NCBI RefSeq assembly: GCF_009914755.1
Contig: NC_060940.1
Reading direction: 5' to 3' (one strand)
Source of the DNA: the human T2T-CHM13v2.0 reference genome, Homo sapiens
DNA length: 64,000 bases
Shown here: positions 44,794-57,635 of the stretch, piece after piece
How the letters are laid out: every line of letters begins with the position of its first letter
How positions within the stretch are numbered: the first letter of the stretch is position 1
Notes under the pieces: model-generated
Database searches by the model: none
What the model saw: only the letters and a program-made list of their open reading frames with translations
Told to the model about the DNA's origin: nothing
Made by a program: the position numbers and the translations under genes

Positions 44794-45404
44794 AGAAATC
44801 TGGAATTTTGTTAAACACTTCTGTCTTAAGGTGTCAGCAGACAAGTTTTTAAACATGTGAGGACAAATTCTGTGTGACTATCTTGGGGCCAGATTCAGTC
44901 CATGGAGCACTGGTAGGTGGGAGCCTGGTTCAGAGCCAGAGTGAGATGGTGAGAAGGAGCCACAGAGGTAGCTGTGCAAGGCCACTGGAGACAGCAGGGA
45001 CTTCAGCAGGGCTGGCTGCAGACTGGAAGTCACTTAATAAAAATAACTAGCTTAAGGAAAACAAGGGGCTGTTACTAGGAAGCCCAGAGCCCTGGGATCG
45101 TTGAGGGGGGTCAGGAGCACAAAGAGGAGGGAAACTGAGGCCTCCAGCTACAGACACATTATGTCGATGAGATTAGAGCCTTTGGTGTTGCCGGCTGGTG
45201 TCTCTCTGGAGCAGCACTTGCTACCCTCCAAGGAAGTGGAAATGATGTGCGAGGCAGAGCGTGTGCACCCTGCAGTGAGACCATTGCTTCAGTGGTTATG
45301 GAGCAGCCAGAGAACATAAATGAACTGCTAGCTTTAGGGGATATTACTGTGGTCTTATTTCTCCAAAACCAAAACGAAAAGTTCTAGTGCACTCACTCGG
45401 TGAT

Positions 45405-45680
45405 GATTCATTTGTTCATTGATTCATTTCTTTCATTTGTCATTCAACCAACAAATTAATGAGCACCTCATATACACTAGACACTGGGGAGACAGAGACA
45501 AAGCCATTTTTACACCCAAATAATTGAGGTTCTTATGGGGGGGTGCAGCAGTATATACCTGCACACAGTGTCCCACGGGCCATCATAGAGGTCTCTGCAG
45601 TGAGCAGGGGGTGCCCAGATGAAGGATGAACTCTGGGACTGTCAAGAAACCTGGCAGAAAAGGCAACATCTAGACGTTCT
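45405..45680 (-). mobile_element. L2 3' fragment
   Basis: attcatttgttcattgattcatt...caaattaatgagcacc...ctagacactgggga. Confidence 0.65.
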
Positions 45681-46117
45681 TTTACTAATGTATTCAGGTT
45701 TAAAGATTCATCCGGTCTATGACTCTACAGTCATTATAATGTCAGGACCATCTCCTACTTTCTCAGTACCTACAGGTTATAATTAATCATTGGTGTTCAC
45801 AACAGTGATTCCAAGGCCGTCAGGAACTAGAACCACCTTCTGATTTTTTAGAGAAGGATGACACTTTGTTATTTAATTGATACTGAGTGTTTATCGTTGA
45901 CTTTTAATTCTGAGAAACCTGGCATCCCCATGGAACATACTACTCTGAAAAGTACTTTCATACCCATTTGTTTGATTGGCCCCCTACCCTGTAGGGGGCC
46001 ACAGGTTACTCTTGCTATCGTGCAAATGAGCGAATGGAGGTGGTGGTTAGCCCACGGTCCCAGAATCAATCAGCTACACCTGTGGCAGATTTAGGATTAG
46101 AATGAAGACCTCCCTAC

Positions 46118-46145
46118 TTCTTTCTTTCTTTCTCTTTCTTTCTTT

Positions 46146-46201
<56 letters not shown>

Positions 46202-46253
46202 TCCTTCCTTCCTTCTTTCCATCTTTCTTGTTTTCTTTTTTTCTTTTTTTTTT
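46118..46253. repeat. (TTTC)n/(TTCC)n tetranucleotide STR grown from an Alu tail
   Basis: Direct reading. Confidence 0.95.
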
Positions 46254-46541
46254 AAGAGGGAGTTTCGCTTTTTTTGCCCATGCTGGAGTATAGTGGCACG
46301 ATCTTAGTTCACTGCAAGCTCTGACCCGCCTCCTGGGTTCAAGTGATTCTCATGCCTCAGCCTCCTGATTAGCTGGGATTACAGGTGCCTGCCACCACAT
46401 CCGGCTAATTTTTGTATTTTTAGTATAAATACGGTTTCACCATGTTTGCCAGGCTGCTCTCAAACGCCTGACTTCAGGCGATCCACCTGCCTCAGCCTCC
46501 CAAAGTGCTGGGATTACAGGCATGAGCTACCGCGCCTGGCC
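46254..46541 (-). mobile_element. AluS (Sx/Sq-like)
   Basis: Antisense dimer; TSD aagacctc(c/t)ctac encloses both the STR and the Alu. Confidence 0.93.
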
Positions 46542-46872
46542 AAAGACCTCTCTACCTTAAACCTCTGGAAAAAAACAAAAACAAAAATTAACAAAAAATA
46601 AAGCAAAACAAACAACAAACTAGAACATTTTATTTTCTACCTGTCTGAATAAGCAGTTTTCTTCACCACTATTCCATACAAAAAGTGACCACCATAGTAC
46701 AGGCCATCACACTCTCCCTGCACCCCTCTAGTAGATTCTTCACTAGCCCATACAGTTTCCTCTTGTTCCTCTTTAGTACATTCTTTCTACATGTTTCAGA
46801 AGGATCTTCGAAAATTCAAATCTGAGATAGTTATTTCCTCACCATCCTCCCTTACCTCTTGACCCCTTAGAG

Positions 46873-47803
46873 GTTTTAAACAGCCTTATTAAGATATAAT
46901 TCACACACCACACAATTCACCCATTGAAAGTGTACAATTCATTGGTTTTTAGTATATTCCCAGTCATGCAACCATCATCACAGTTTTATTTCCTCTTCTT
47001 CTTTTTTTTTTTTTTTTGAGGTGGAGTCTCACTCTGTTACCCAAGCCGGAGTGCAATGGCACAATCTTGGGTCACTGCAACCTCCACCTCCCAGGTTCAA
47101 GTAGTTCCTTGCCTCAGCCTCCTGAGTATCTGCGATGACAGGCACCTGCCACCATGCCCAACTAATTTTTGTGTTTTCAATAGAGACAGGGTTTCACCAT
47201 CATGGTCAGGCTGGTCTTGAACTCCTGACCTCGTGATGCACCCGCCTCGGCCTTGCAAAGTGCTGGGATTACAGGCATGAGCCACTGCTCCCGGCCTCTG
47301 CAGTCAGTTTTAGAACATTGTCTTCACCTCAAAAGAAACCCCATCACTCTTGGAAGTAGCATCCAACACCCCCTCTTTCCTATCTCTAAGCAACCACCAG
47401 TCTACTTCTTGTCTCTGTAGATGTGTCTGTTCTAAACTTTTTTAATGAAAGGAATCATGCAACACTTGCCCTTCCATGAGTAGCTTCGTTCACTTAGCAA
47501 GATGTTTTCCAGGTTCCCCCATGTTGTAGCTGATGTCAGAGCTTCATCCCATTTTATAGCTGAGTAATATTCCACTGCGTGAATATATCACGTTTTGTTC
47601 ATTCATTCACTGATGGACAGTTGGGTTGTTTCTACCTTTTGACTATTATGAATAATACTACTTTAAAATGCGTAAGTGTTTTGTGTGTGGGGACACATGT
47701 TTTTATTTCTCTTGGCTATTTGTCTAGGAGTGGAACTGCTGCATCATATCATATGCTAACTCTAGGCTGAACTATTTGAGGAACTGCCAGACTATTTTCC
47801 AGT
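46873..47803 (-). mobile_element. L1MB 3' region split by an Alu, itself inside an L2
   Basis: aacagccttattaagatataattcacacacc...aagtgtacaattc; ggaatcatgcaaca...gatggacagttgggttgtttc...gaggaactgccagact. Confidence 0.88.
47002..47296 (-). mobile_element. AluS (Sg-like)
   Basis: Full antisense dimer. Confidence 0.94.
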
Positions 47804-48393
47804 TTTAATGCTGTTACGTTGCCCTTAGGAAAGAGATCAAAATGCTTAACATTGTTTACAGGGACCCATCTGATTTGGCCCCACTCACCTCTTCAGGCCC
47901 AGCCCATGTCACCTTTCCCACTTCTGTCACTCTACTTGGTCCCCCTGGATTTTGTGCAGTTTTTCAAAGGTATGGGCATTTGCTAAGGCTCTCTCCCTCC
48001 TCTTCCCCATGAACTTCCATCAGACAGACCTTCTCTGAACAGCCTTCATCCGCAATCTAAATGGGATCTCGTTATTATATTCTTCCATGTTTCATAAGTT
48101 CTTAAGTGATTCTTCTTTAATCCCACTAAATCGTGACTCCAGATGAGTTTAAGAAATCTTAAGACTATTTTTTAATTATTACAAACCAAAAGTCTCACAC
48201 TGAACTTGAGCTACAATAGGGGCACCTTATCTATCTGTTGAATGAATAAATAACAATGAGAGAGGGGGAGGGAGGAAGAGAAATTAGTTTAAGAGGCCTC
48301 AGGTTGCCACGTTGGGTTTGAAATCTAGATGAAGATTGACATTTCACCCCAAATCTTTAACTACTTCTTCCTTTTTCACTGAGTAATATAGCA

Positions 48394-48615
48394 TATGGGT
48401 TGGAAAACGTTTTCTGTAAAAGGCCAGATAACAGGTACTTTAGGCCTTGCGAGTCATGCAGACCCTTTCTGCTGTTACTCAGTTCTGTTTTTCTAGCACG
48501 AAAGAAGCCGTAGACAGTAGATACATGAATGAGCATAGCTTTATTTTAATACTTTATTCACAAAATCAAGCAGCAGCCTCGATGTGGCCTGTTAACCATA
48601 ACTCGACGACCTCTA
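48394..48615 (+). mobile_element. MER58A (hAT-Charlie)
   Basis: gggttggaaaacgttttctgtaaaaggccagata...gaaagaagccgtagaca...atgaatgagcatagct. Confidence 0.85.
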
Positions 48616-50812
48616 TTCTAGAGTATTTTGATACTTGATACATTCACGCTCTCTGTTTTCTCTCCCCAGAATCCCATATTTCCTTCCACCTTTGTTCTCC
48701 TAGAAGATTCTTCTCAGGGAACAAATACCTTATTTAGAAAATTTTCCTTGACCTGCAAAACAGAATTAAACACACTCTATCTCATCACTGAATGAGGCAT
48801 ATTCTTATGTTGCTGCATGCCTTCGGCTGTGTTAAATTAATTGAATATGGACTCACTTACAGAACGAAGTCCACAATGTCCCTTCTTCTCATCCAGCATC
48901 AAATATGTGATATGCTCAGTAAATGCTAAACTGAAAGAGAAAAAAGGTGACATGAACCAAATGGATTATCTATACAAAGTACGCAGGCAAGCAGATGATA
49001 GAATCAAGACTTTAAAATAGAGGGAAGGAGAAATAAGTCATCTGAATTGATAGCAATACCAGAACACAGTATTGGGGATAAGCCCAGTGTCAGTGTGCAG
49101 GGTCCAGGTCTTTTATTCATCTTTCCAGAACATGAGATTTTTTTCCTCTTTTTAACCAGAATTTTTCACCGGACAACAACAACAAATTACTTTATTCTTC
49201 CTGGAAATTTCTTGGTAGCAATGCCTCTGCCAACATGTACCATACCCATACTTCTTCTATCCCATCACTATCTTCTCTCTTACCTGGGGCATATTCTTTA
49301 AGGGGTAGCATAAATCATTAGTATCTCAAGGATTGGAGAAACATCATTGTCCTAATGATTCACTACCATGGACACCACACTTGGTGCTTTTTTTTTTTTT
49401 TTTTAACTTTTGAATGAGAATATTCCTCTGAACTCTATGGGAGTACAATATTTGTTTATGTGTGACCTACAAGAATGGCAGGACTATATAGTTCAACCGA
49501 ACAAAATTCAGAAGAGAAGGGAGATGACTCATAAATTATCAGTGGGACTTACACTTTGCCTGGTAGTGGCATGCTTGCTGTGCCCTTTGCTGCACAATCT
49601 AGGTGGTGGGTAGGACTATATTTACACTTTGTCTCTGCATGGCCCGCAAACATGCAGAAGGGATGTTATGAGCAAAGGAACAAGTCACTAAGACACTTTA
49701 ATTCTGGGCTGGCCAGGACACTTAAGAAAGTTGGATGACACTGTGCCAGGAGAGTCTAGAGATCCTATAACAAAGCCAAATGCTGGCTGGTTGTCATGTG
49801 CCCTGTCTGTACTCCTAAGCCCAGAACCTATGCATCAGTCTGCAGTGGGGGTATCTGGCCAAAGGAGAGAAAATGGTGCAATATGTGTTAAGTCCAGAAG
49901 AAACTAACAGAATGCATCTCATCAGGCCACAGTCATGTCTGGCTGCTTAAGACCTCTTTTGTGCACAAGTGAAAGAAAAGATGTTGAGCTAGGGTTGTAA
50001 GAATGGCAGAGGGATTTATGTAAGAAATATGAGTCTATTTCCATGACTTGTGTCATTTATAAAGGCAGGGACAGATGGAATCACTTCAGTGAGCTAGAAT
50101 TTGTATTAAGTTCTACTTGCTTTATTTTCCTCCATTTACTTATGCTTATTAGTAATACACGTGTGAGAACAAAATCATATACTATCAGTCACTGCCACAC
50201 AATGAATAATCCCATGTAAAATATTTTTGCACACTTTTGAGAGTGACAATAACTTCACTGAGCTTGGTTTCTTCCTTTGAAACAGGCAGACAGGCTTTTG
50301 CTGAATCTTTAATGCATTGTCTTTTGGCTGGGTTCATTCACCTTCAGGGAATTCTCAAAAGACAAGCGTCATTTCTTTTTGTCTATTGATCTGTCCTCCA
50401 GAAAAAAGGGACTTCTTTATGAACTCAAAGCCCTTAGCTAATTCATTGTTCATTTGTTACATTTATTGAAAATCTACTGTTTGAAAGGCACTTGTTCTAT
50501 TGTGCTATGGAAACAAGACAGACAAATTCCTAGTCGTTGAGAGCTTACCTTCTAGTAGGCATTACAGACCAGAAAAATGGCTGTTCAGTAGGCCTGTAGC
50601 AATAAGAGCCGTGAAAACAAGGTTGGGATTAAGGATGAGTAATGAGAAGGAGTTACTCTTTTTGATCAAGAAGTCAAGGAAGGTTTCTGTTTTGAGGACA
50701 GACGTGAATGAAATGAGGGAGCAAGTCATGAAAACTCTTTGGAAAAGAAAAAAGTCTTATAGGTGAGGAACCAGCAAATGCAAAGACCCCAAAATAAAAA
50801 TTAACACCTGTT

Positions 50813-51119
50813 GGCTGGGCGCAGTGGCTTACGCCTGTAATCCCAGCACTTTGGGAGTCCGAAGCGGGTGGATCACGAAGTCAGGAGATCGAGACCATCC
50901 TGGCTAATACAGTGAAACCCCGTCTCTACTGAAAATATGAAAAAATTAGCAGGGTGTGGTGGTGGGTGCCTGTAGTCCCAGCTACTCAGGAGGCTGGGGC
51001 AGGAGAATGGCGTGGACCCAGGAGGCGGAGCTTGCAGTGAGCCGAGATGGCACCACTGCACTCCAGCCCAGGAGACAGTATTGTCAAAAAAAAAAAAAGA
51101 AAAAGAAAAAGAAAAAAAA
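50813..51119 (+). mobile_element. AluY
   Basis: gagatcgagaccatcctggctaa and gagaatggcgtg...ggagcttgcagtgagccgagat diagnostics. Confidence 0.95.
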
Positions 51120-51280
51120 TTGAGACCTCTTTTGTGCACAAGTGAAAGAAAAGATGTTGAGCTAGGGTTGTAAGAATGGCAGAGGGATTTATATAAGAAA
51201 CAGAAGTCCATGCTTGGAATCTCAGCTGTTTTCTAGTTCTCAGAATTTATGAGTGAGATTAAAAGAGAAGCTTCAGAGTG
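51120..51280 (+). repeat. Composite duplicate of 49947-50050 and 54140-54204
   Basis: 77 bp with 1 mismatch to 49951-50027, then 65 bp with 2 mismatches to 54140-54204. Confidence 0.95.
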
Positions 51281-52162
51281 AAATAAAAATTAGCTTAGCT
51301 ATCTTGAAGAACACCAAGAAGGAATATGTGGCTGAACTAGAATGATTTTGGGGAGAGTGAAATGATCAAAGTTACATCCAAGGTTCACATCAGGACCTTG
51401 CAGGCCACAGTGAGAACTTAGAAGACAATTGACATAGGATGATTGGAAAGCAGAATACTGAAAGGCCAATTTACACATTCAAAGATCGTGTGGAAACCTG
51501 TGTGGTGAATAGAGTGGGAGGACAAGAGCAGAAAGAGCAACTCAGAAACAATTTACTAAGCTGGGTAAGAGATGGTGGCTTGGCCGAGAAGGTAACCAGC
51601 AGATGATGAGAGATGGTCAGGTTCAGGTTGTAGTTTGAAGATACAGCTGATGGAAGCAGCTGATGGAGTGGATGTATATAAGGAGCATTGGGCACCCTGT
51701 TAGCAGGCTTTAGGCTTCTTTGACTCAGGCATTGTACCAACATTCACCTAGTAGCTGATGTTGATTCCTCTCTCACAAAGACAGTATCTTAGTTTGAAAT
51801 ACTTAAGAAAAAAAAATGTACCTGATCCAAGGGGAAAATGGAGCTCCACACTAGCAGGGATAAAAGGAAGGTGGTTCTGATTATTTGTGCTGCTCATTTC
51901 CATGAAGGTCTTGTTCACAGTAAGCAAGTTTGTCAAACCTATGCCTAGGTAGTCAAATTTCCCTAACCAGGGATAGTCTCTACTGGGCCTTAGCACCTTC
52001 CATTCAGTAATAAAATGAGGCATCTTGAGCTTCCCCGAAGCACAAATCTGTGGGCCACTGTATCAGAATTATGTGGGATGAGTTAACTCACAGATTCCGG
52101 AGAACCTACTAAATGCTTGTGGTTGAATTTCAGAAATCTGCATTCTTGCAGTTTTCAGATGA

Positions 52163-52481
<319 letters not shown>

Positions 52482-52491
52482 CAAATTAAAG

Positions 52492-53018
52492 GTTTTTGAT
52501 TGTGATGAAAAACACACATAAAATCGATCAGCTTCATCATTTTAAGTGTATATTTCAGTAGTGTTAAATTTTTTCATGCTATTGTGAAACACATCTCCGG
52601 AACCTTTTCATCTTACTCATCTGAAACTCTATAGCTACCCTTTGCCCCCTTTCTGTGTCCTTGAGAGTCACCATTCTACTTTCTATTTCTGGAAATTTGA
52701 TTACTTTAGAGAGCTCATATAAGTGGAATCACACAGTATTTGTCTTTTTGTGATTGGCTTTATTTCAGTTAATATAATGTCTTCAAGGTTCACTTATATT
52801 GTAGCATGTATCCAAATTTCCTCTGTTTTAAAAACTGAATAGTGTTTGTATTGAATGAATATACCACATTTTGATTATCCATTCATCTGCTAATGGACAT
52901 TTGGGTTGTTTCTATTTTTTAACCATTGTGAATAGTGCTGCTATGGACATGAGTACGCAAATATATCTTTTAAGACCCTGCTTTCAAATCTTTTGGATGT
53001 ATATCCAGAAATGGGATG
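52492..53018 (-). mobile_element. L1MA9/L1MB-type 3' end
   Basis: tttaagtgtatatttcagtagtgttaa...catataagtggaatcacacagtatttgtc...ggacatttgggttg...tatatccagaaatgggat. Confidence 0.88.
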
Positions 53019-53054
53019 CAAATTAAAGATTTAAAAGCATTGCCTTCAAATAGA

Positions 53055-53380
53055 AGAGATTCTTGTAGAAAATGAATTATTATGTATCTGGACTGTGGTG
53101 GTGAATACAAGAACCTGCACATGTAATAAAATTACGTATAACTAAATAGACACACACATACACATGTAAACACACACACACATGCACACACACAGGTGCA
53201 AGTAAAACTAAGGAAATCTGGATACCAGAATTGTATAAATGCCAATATCCTGCTTGTGATACTGTCCTATAGTTTTGTAAGATGTTTCCACTGGGGAAAC
53301 TAGAAAAATAGCACATAGTTTCTCTCTGTATTATTTCTTACAACTGCACGTGAATAAAAAATGATCTCAAAACAGAAAGG
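53055..53380 (+). mobile_element. L1MC/MD 3' end
   Basis: gtatctggactgtggtggtgaatacaagaacct...gtaaaactaaggaaatctg...ctctctgtattatttcttacaactgca. Confidence 0.8.
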
Positions 53381-53929
53381 TTGCCCTTGAGGTTAGAGTG
53401 TGCCACTGCAAGAGGAGACCCATCTAGAAGGGCAAAGAATTCTTGGCATTGTTCCGAAGGAGAAAGTGGAACAGGGATAGAGGCCAACCCAAAGTGCTAA
53501 GTTAACTCTGGGTCCCAAGGGACATGGCATCCCCAACCCCAGACAGTAGGACCAATGTAGCACAGATAGGGAAATGGCAGGGAATGAGAGCCAGAAAAAC
53601 AGAGGCCAACTCAGTGCTGAATCCCCAGAGTGTGGGCCTGGAGCTGGTACTGACCACCTTCCTCAGATTGCACTGGTCCTGGGAATGGGGTGGCGTGGGG
53701 TCCATGACCTCAGCCCAAATCACTCCTCATACGAAGGTTGGAACAGGGGACTTGGTCCCATGAGCCCTATGCTTCCTCTTAATTCTGAATGAGTTTCAGA
53801 TTCCTGCAGGCAGCATCAGCAACATGCAAAAGACGCTTCTTAGATGCTTGAGACTGTAAACCCTTATCAGGAACATAATGCGATGGGATGTTTCTCTCTC
53901 TTTAGGCAAAATTTAAGGATACTGGTGGA

Positions 53930-54135
53930 TAATATTTACTTAATGATTGCTATGTGGCAAGTGTTTTGCTAAATGCTTTACAAATATTTATTTTCTGTGA
54001 GATGGTTCCTGTTCTTCCATCTCAAAGATGAGGAAATTGAGATTCTGAGAAGGTGACTGAGTACCTTAAACAATCACACAGCTGATAAGGGACGGACTTG
54101 GGCCTTAAAGTACAGTCTCCCTGAATCTAAAACCC
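53930..54135 (-). mobile_element. MIR
   Basis: tgctatgtggcaag...tgctaaatgctttaca...agatgaggaaattgagattctgagaagg. Confidence 0.75.
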
Positions 54136-54529
54136 ACCTTTGGAATCTCAGCTGTTTTCTAGTTCTCAGAATTTATGTGTGAGATTAAAAGTGAAGCTTC
54201 AGAGAAGAAGCAGAGAGTGATAACAGCGATGGCTCCAAAAATAAAGCTGAGGAGACCAAGTTCTGTCAGGTGCATTGAGACTCTTTTTATAATCCCAAAA
54301 CTGTAGAACTGTAAAGACTAGAAAAGCCAGCCACACTCTGTATGGTACTATAATACTGATGATGTCCTATGTACTTAATGTGTGTTTCTTTCTCATTAAT
54401 CATCAATGCTGAGGGATGTTGCATGTCTTAGAGTTTAACAGCCACCCATAGCTCCCCATTTGTAATAAACTGTAGTCAGTGTGTAGTCACTGCCTGAACA
54501 AGTTACAATCTTAAAATAAAAACCTTATT

Positions 54530-55330
54530 GATTTCTTTTTTAACTATGAAATTAACACATGCCTAGAAAAATCTAGAAAGTATAGCAAAGCAAAGAAAAA
54601 TCACTCAATAAAACCACTGTTAATATTTTAGCATAATCTTGATAGTGGAATGCCTTTATTTTTTAAAAATTGCATTATGTATACGCTAATTTTAGTCAGA
54701 ATTTGTACTTCTTAACATGCATACTATACCATTAGTATATTTTTACATTCTCTAAAGTGTGTCTGCAATGCAGTGTTCTACTTTCTGCAGATACCATAGT
54801 TTCTTTCATCAATCTTTTATAACATTGTGTTGATTGTAGTTTTTTCTATCTTTAAGCAATATTGTAATGAGTATACATGTTGCTACACACATACACACAC
54901 AACCACACACGCACATATCAGGCTAAATTTCTACAAGTGAAATTTTCAAAGCTTGTGATGGGTGTTAACAAATTGCATTTCGGAAAGATTTTTTCATGTA
55001 ATTGATAATATATGAGAGTTTATTTCCTCATAAGTCTGTCAAACACTATGAACTTTTTCTAATTATTGTAACAATTTTATAAATTGTTACAATATATAAC
55101 ATGCTATAAATATATGTGATGCAAATTTTTTTACAGTTTTCTGTTTATTTTCATATAATATTTTAGTTGTTGTAAAACCTGCATTTCAGTAGTTTAATCT
55201 GTCAGTAATTCACGCAATAAATTAGAGCTCTAATGGTGGCTTAGAAAGGCCTTCTCCCCTGTATTACTTAAATATTCAATGACTTTATTCCTCCTAATAC
55301 TTAAATCCATCTGGAATTCATTAGACTATA
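54530..55330 (-). mobile_element. Highly degraded L1ME fragment(s)
   Basis: aaccactgttaatattt...ataccatagtt...aaatttctacaagtgaaatt...caaattgcatttcggaaag...agaaaggccttctcc...tccatctggaatt. Confidence 0.55.
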
Positions 55331-56711
55331 CTTTAAATTTGTATGTATCAACCCTAATTTTTTTAAGAACATCATGTTTGATAAAACACATTTTAACACT
55401 TACTTAACAAAATGACTTTAAAACTGTAAACTTAAAAAAAAGGTATTGCATTTATTTCTATTCCTCTGAATTTCACATTAGGAAAGGAAAAAGGGCACGT
55501 AAAAATACAATCCCCAGTAATTTCTCTCTGCTGGCTTTGTTTTCTAAAGTATTATATTTCCCATCTTTGCACAAAAATCCCCTTAACCCTTGTACATATC
55601 CTTAATAGATCTGGCATAATTCCATCATCCAAGAGTTATATAAGTTCTACTTGAACCAATTAAAATTTTTAGCCTGTGTCACCTCTTGAGGCAGAGGATA
55701 TTCACTAGGACTTTACTCAAGCTGCTTACATAAAATTATTTTGAATATCTGCATAGATTTCTTCCACATAATTAAAGTTACTTCAAAAGTTAAATGTTTA
55801 AGAATGCCCTGAAAGTCTAGTGTGATTGTGAGCGTGCATACACATAAGAAAAAATGTTTTCATTATGTTTGATGAAACAAAAATTTTAAAGTAAAATTTC
55901 AAATTCATAAAGGAAATACTGTACCTCTAAGCAGAGCAGGATTTTCAAAGAACATTTGATAATAGTATCAAGATCTTTAATTAATAACCTAACAAGTAGG
56001 AAACTTTTATCGCCCCTTTGATCGTTTTTATAAGGAGATATAAACACCACATCCAGTCTGTCAAGCGGGGGATAAATGAAGGTGGAGGAATGTTACAAAG
56101 GGCTTAAAATGTCTTTTCCCTGGGAACTCTCTAGGAGTTGGTCCGTAATGACATTTAACTTGAATAAGTGAAATAAAACTAAGAAAAATAGCTTGAAATG
56201 CAAGTTGTTGGCGTCAGAGAGAAACCTGGATTACGGTAATAGAAAAGCAATTTGAAAGGAATAATGGCTGACAAATAGGAATTGAATCTAGTATACTGCA
56301 TCCACATTTGCAGGTTTCTACATAAAGATCTACTGGGAATGACTGATTTCCTTACGGAGCGGGGGTGGTCCTATGGGGATGATTGGCACCTCTCTCAGAT
56401 TGCCCAACCTCCCCCTGCTCTTCTGGGAGACTGTCAGGGTGCTGCTCTTTGGACTACCTTTGAAATCTTGACCTGTGACGAGGCTGTGGCTGGTAGTGAT
56501 GTTGCCAGGAAGATGGCATTCCAAGGTCACCATACTCCCGCTAAGGTCTAACAAAGCTTTGTTTAGTATTTCTACTTGCTGGGAATTTCTGTGTACACGT
56601 GCTCATTTATCTTTTTATTTATTTAACAATAAAACCGAGAGTGGTATTCTAAACACCATATGTTGCTATGGTGGAAACTAAAACCTGGAAAGCTGAAGTT
56701 TCTTAGTAAGA

Positions 56712-56841
56712 GAGCATGATCACATGACCCAATTTGCCCAGGACAGCTTTGGTTTGCACCTGTTGTTTTGGCTTCATTGTTAATGGTACCTACTTTTATT
56801 CTAAGAAGATTCTGGTTTGGACAATAAATTATGTGGCCACT
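56712..56841. mobile_element. MER94 (hAT-Blackjack)
   Basis: cccaatttgcccaggacag...cctgttgt...ctggtttggacaataaattatgtggccac. Confidence 0.78.
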
Positions 56842-57195
56842 GTATTAATGTCCTATGGCTGCTGTAGTAAATTACCACACAGTGACTCAAAACAACACAA
56901 ATCTTATCTTGCAGTTCTGTAAGCTGAGAATCCAACATGTGTCAGGGTAAAATCAAGGTGTCCGCAGGGCTACCTTCACTCCTGGAAGCTCTTGGGGAAA
57001 AACCCATTTCCTTGCCTTTTCTAGCTTCTAAAGGCCACTCACATTCCTGGCCTCATGGTACCTTTCTCCATCCTCAAAGCCAGCAACAGCTGTTCATGTC
57101 CTTCACATATCCCATCACTCTGACCTTCGCTTCTTCCTCCCTCTTAACGACTCATGATTATATTGGGCCTAGCCAGATGCCATATAATTCACGCT

Positions 57196-57303
57196 AGTCT
57201 TTCTGTCTGTCTGTCTCTCTCTCTGTTTCTCTCTTTCTTCCTCCTTTCTCTCTCTCTCCCTCTCTCTCCCCCCTCTCTCCCTATCTCCCTCTCTCCCTTT
57301 CTC

Positions 57304-57356
<53 letters not shown>
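57196..57356. repeat. Polypyrimidine (TC)-rich tract followed by (CA)~18
   Basis: Direct reading; occupies the AluJ tail position. Confidence 0.95.
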
Positions 57357-57359
<3 letters not shown>

Positions 57360-57635
57360 TCTCCCTCTGTCACCTAGGCTAGAGTGCAGTTGCACAATCA
57401 CAGCTCCCTGCAGCTTCAACCTTCCGGGCTCAAGTGATCCTCCTACCTCACCCTCCTGAGTAGCTGGGAGTACAGGCATGCACCGCCACTCCTGGCTAGT
57501 TTAAAAAAAAAAAATACAGAGATGGCAGTCTCTCTACATTGCTCAGGCTGGTCTCAAACTCCTGGGTTCAATCATTCCTCCCGCCTTAGCCCTCCAAAGT
57601 GCTGAGATTACAGGCATGAACCACCATACCTGGCC
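57357..57635 (-). mobile_element. AluJ
   Basis: caatcacagctccctgcagcttcaacc...ggctcaagtgatcctcc. Confidence 0.92.

Larger units (their letters stand above)
50440..51690 (-). mobile_element. L2 fragment, interrupted at 50804-51280
   Basis: catttattgaaaatctactg...gaggaaccagcaaatgcaaagacccc, resuming gcttagctatcttgaagaacaccaagaagg...agagatggtggcttgg. Confidence 0.75.

Noticed and set aside
56282-56554. GC-richer stretch with ORFs on both strands after catttgcag
   Set aside because: No convincing donor and no recognisable protein.
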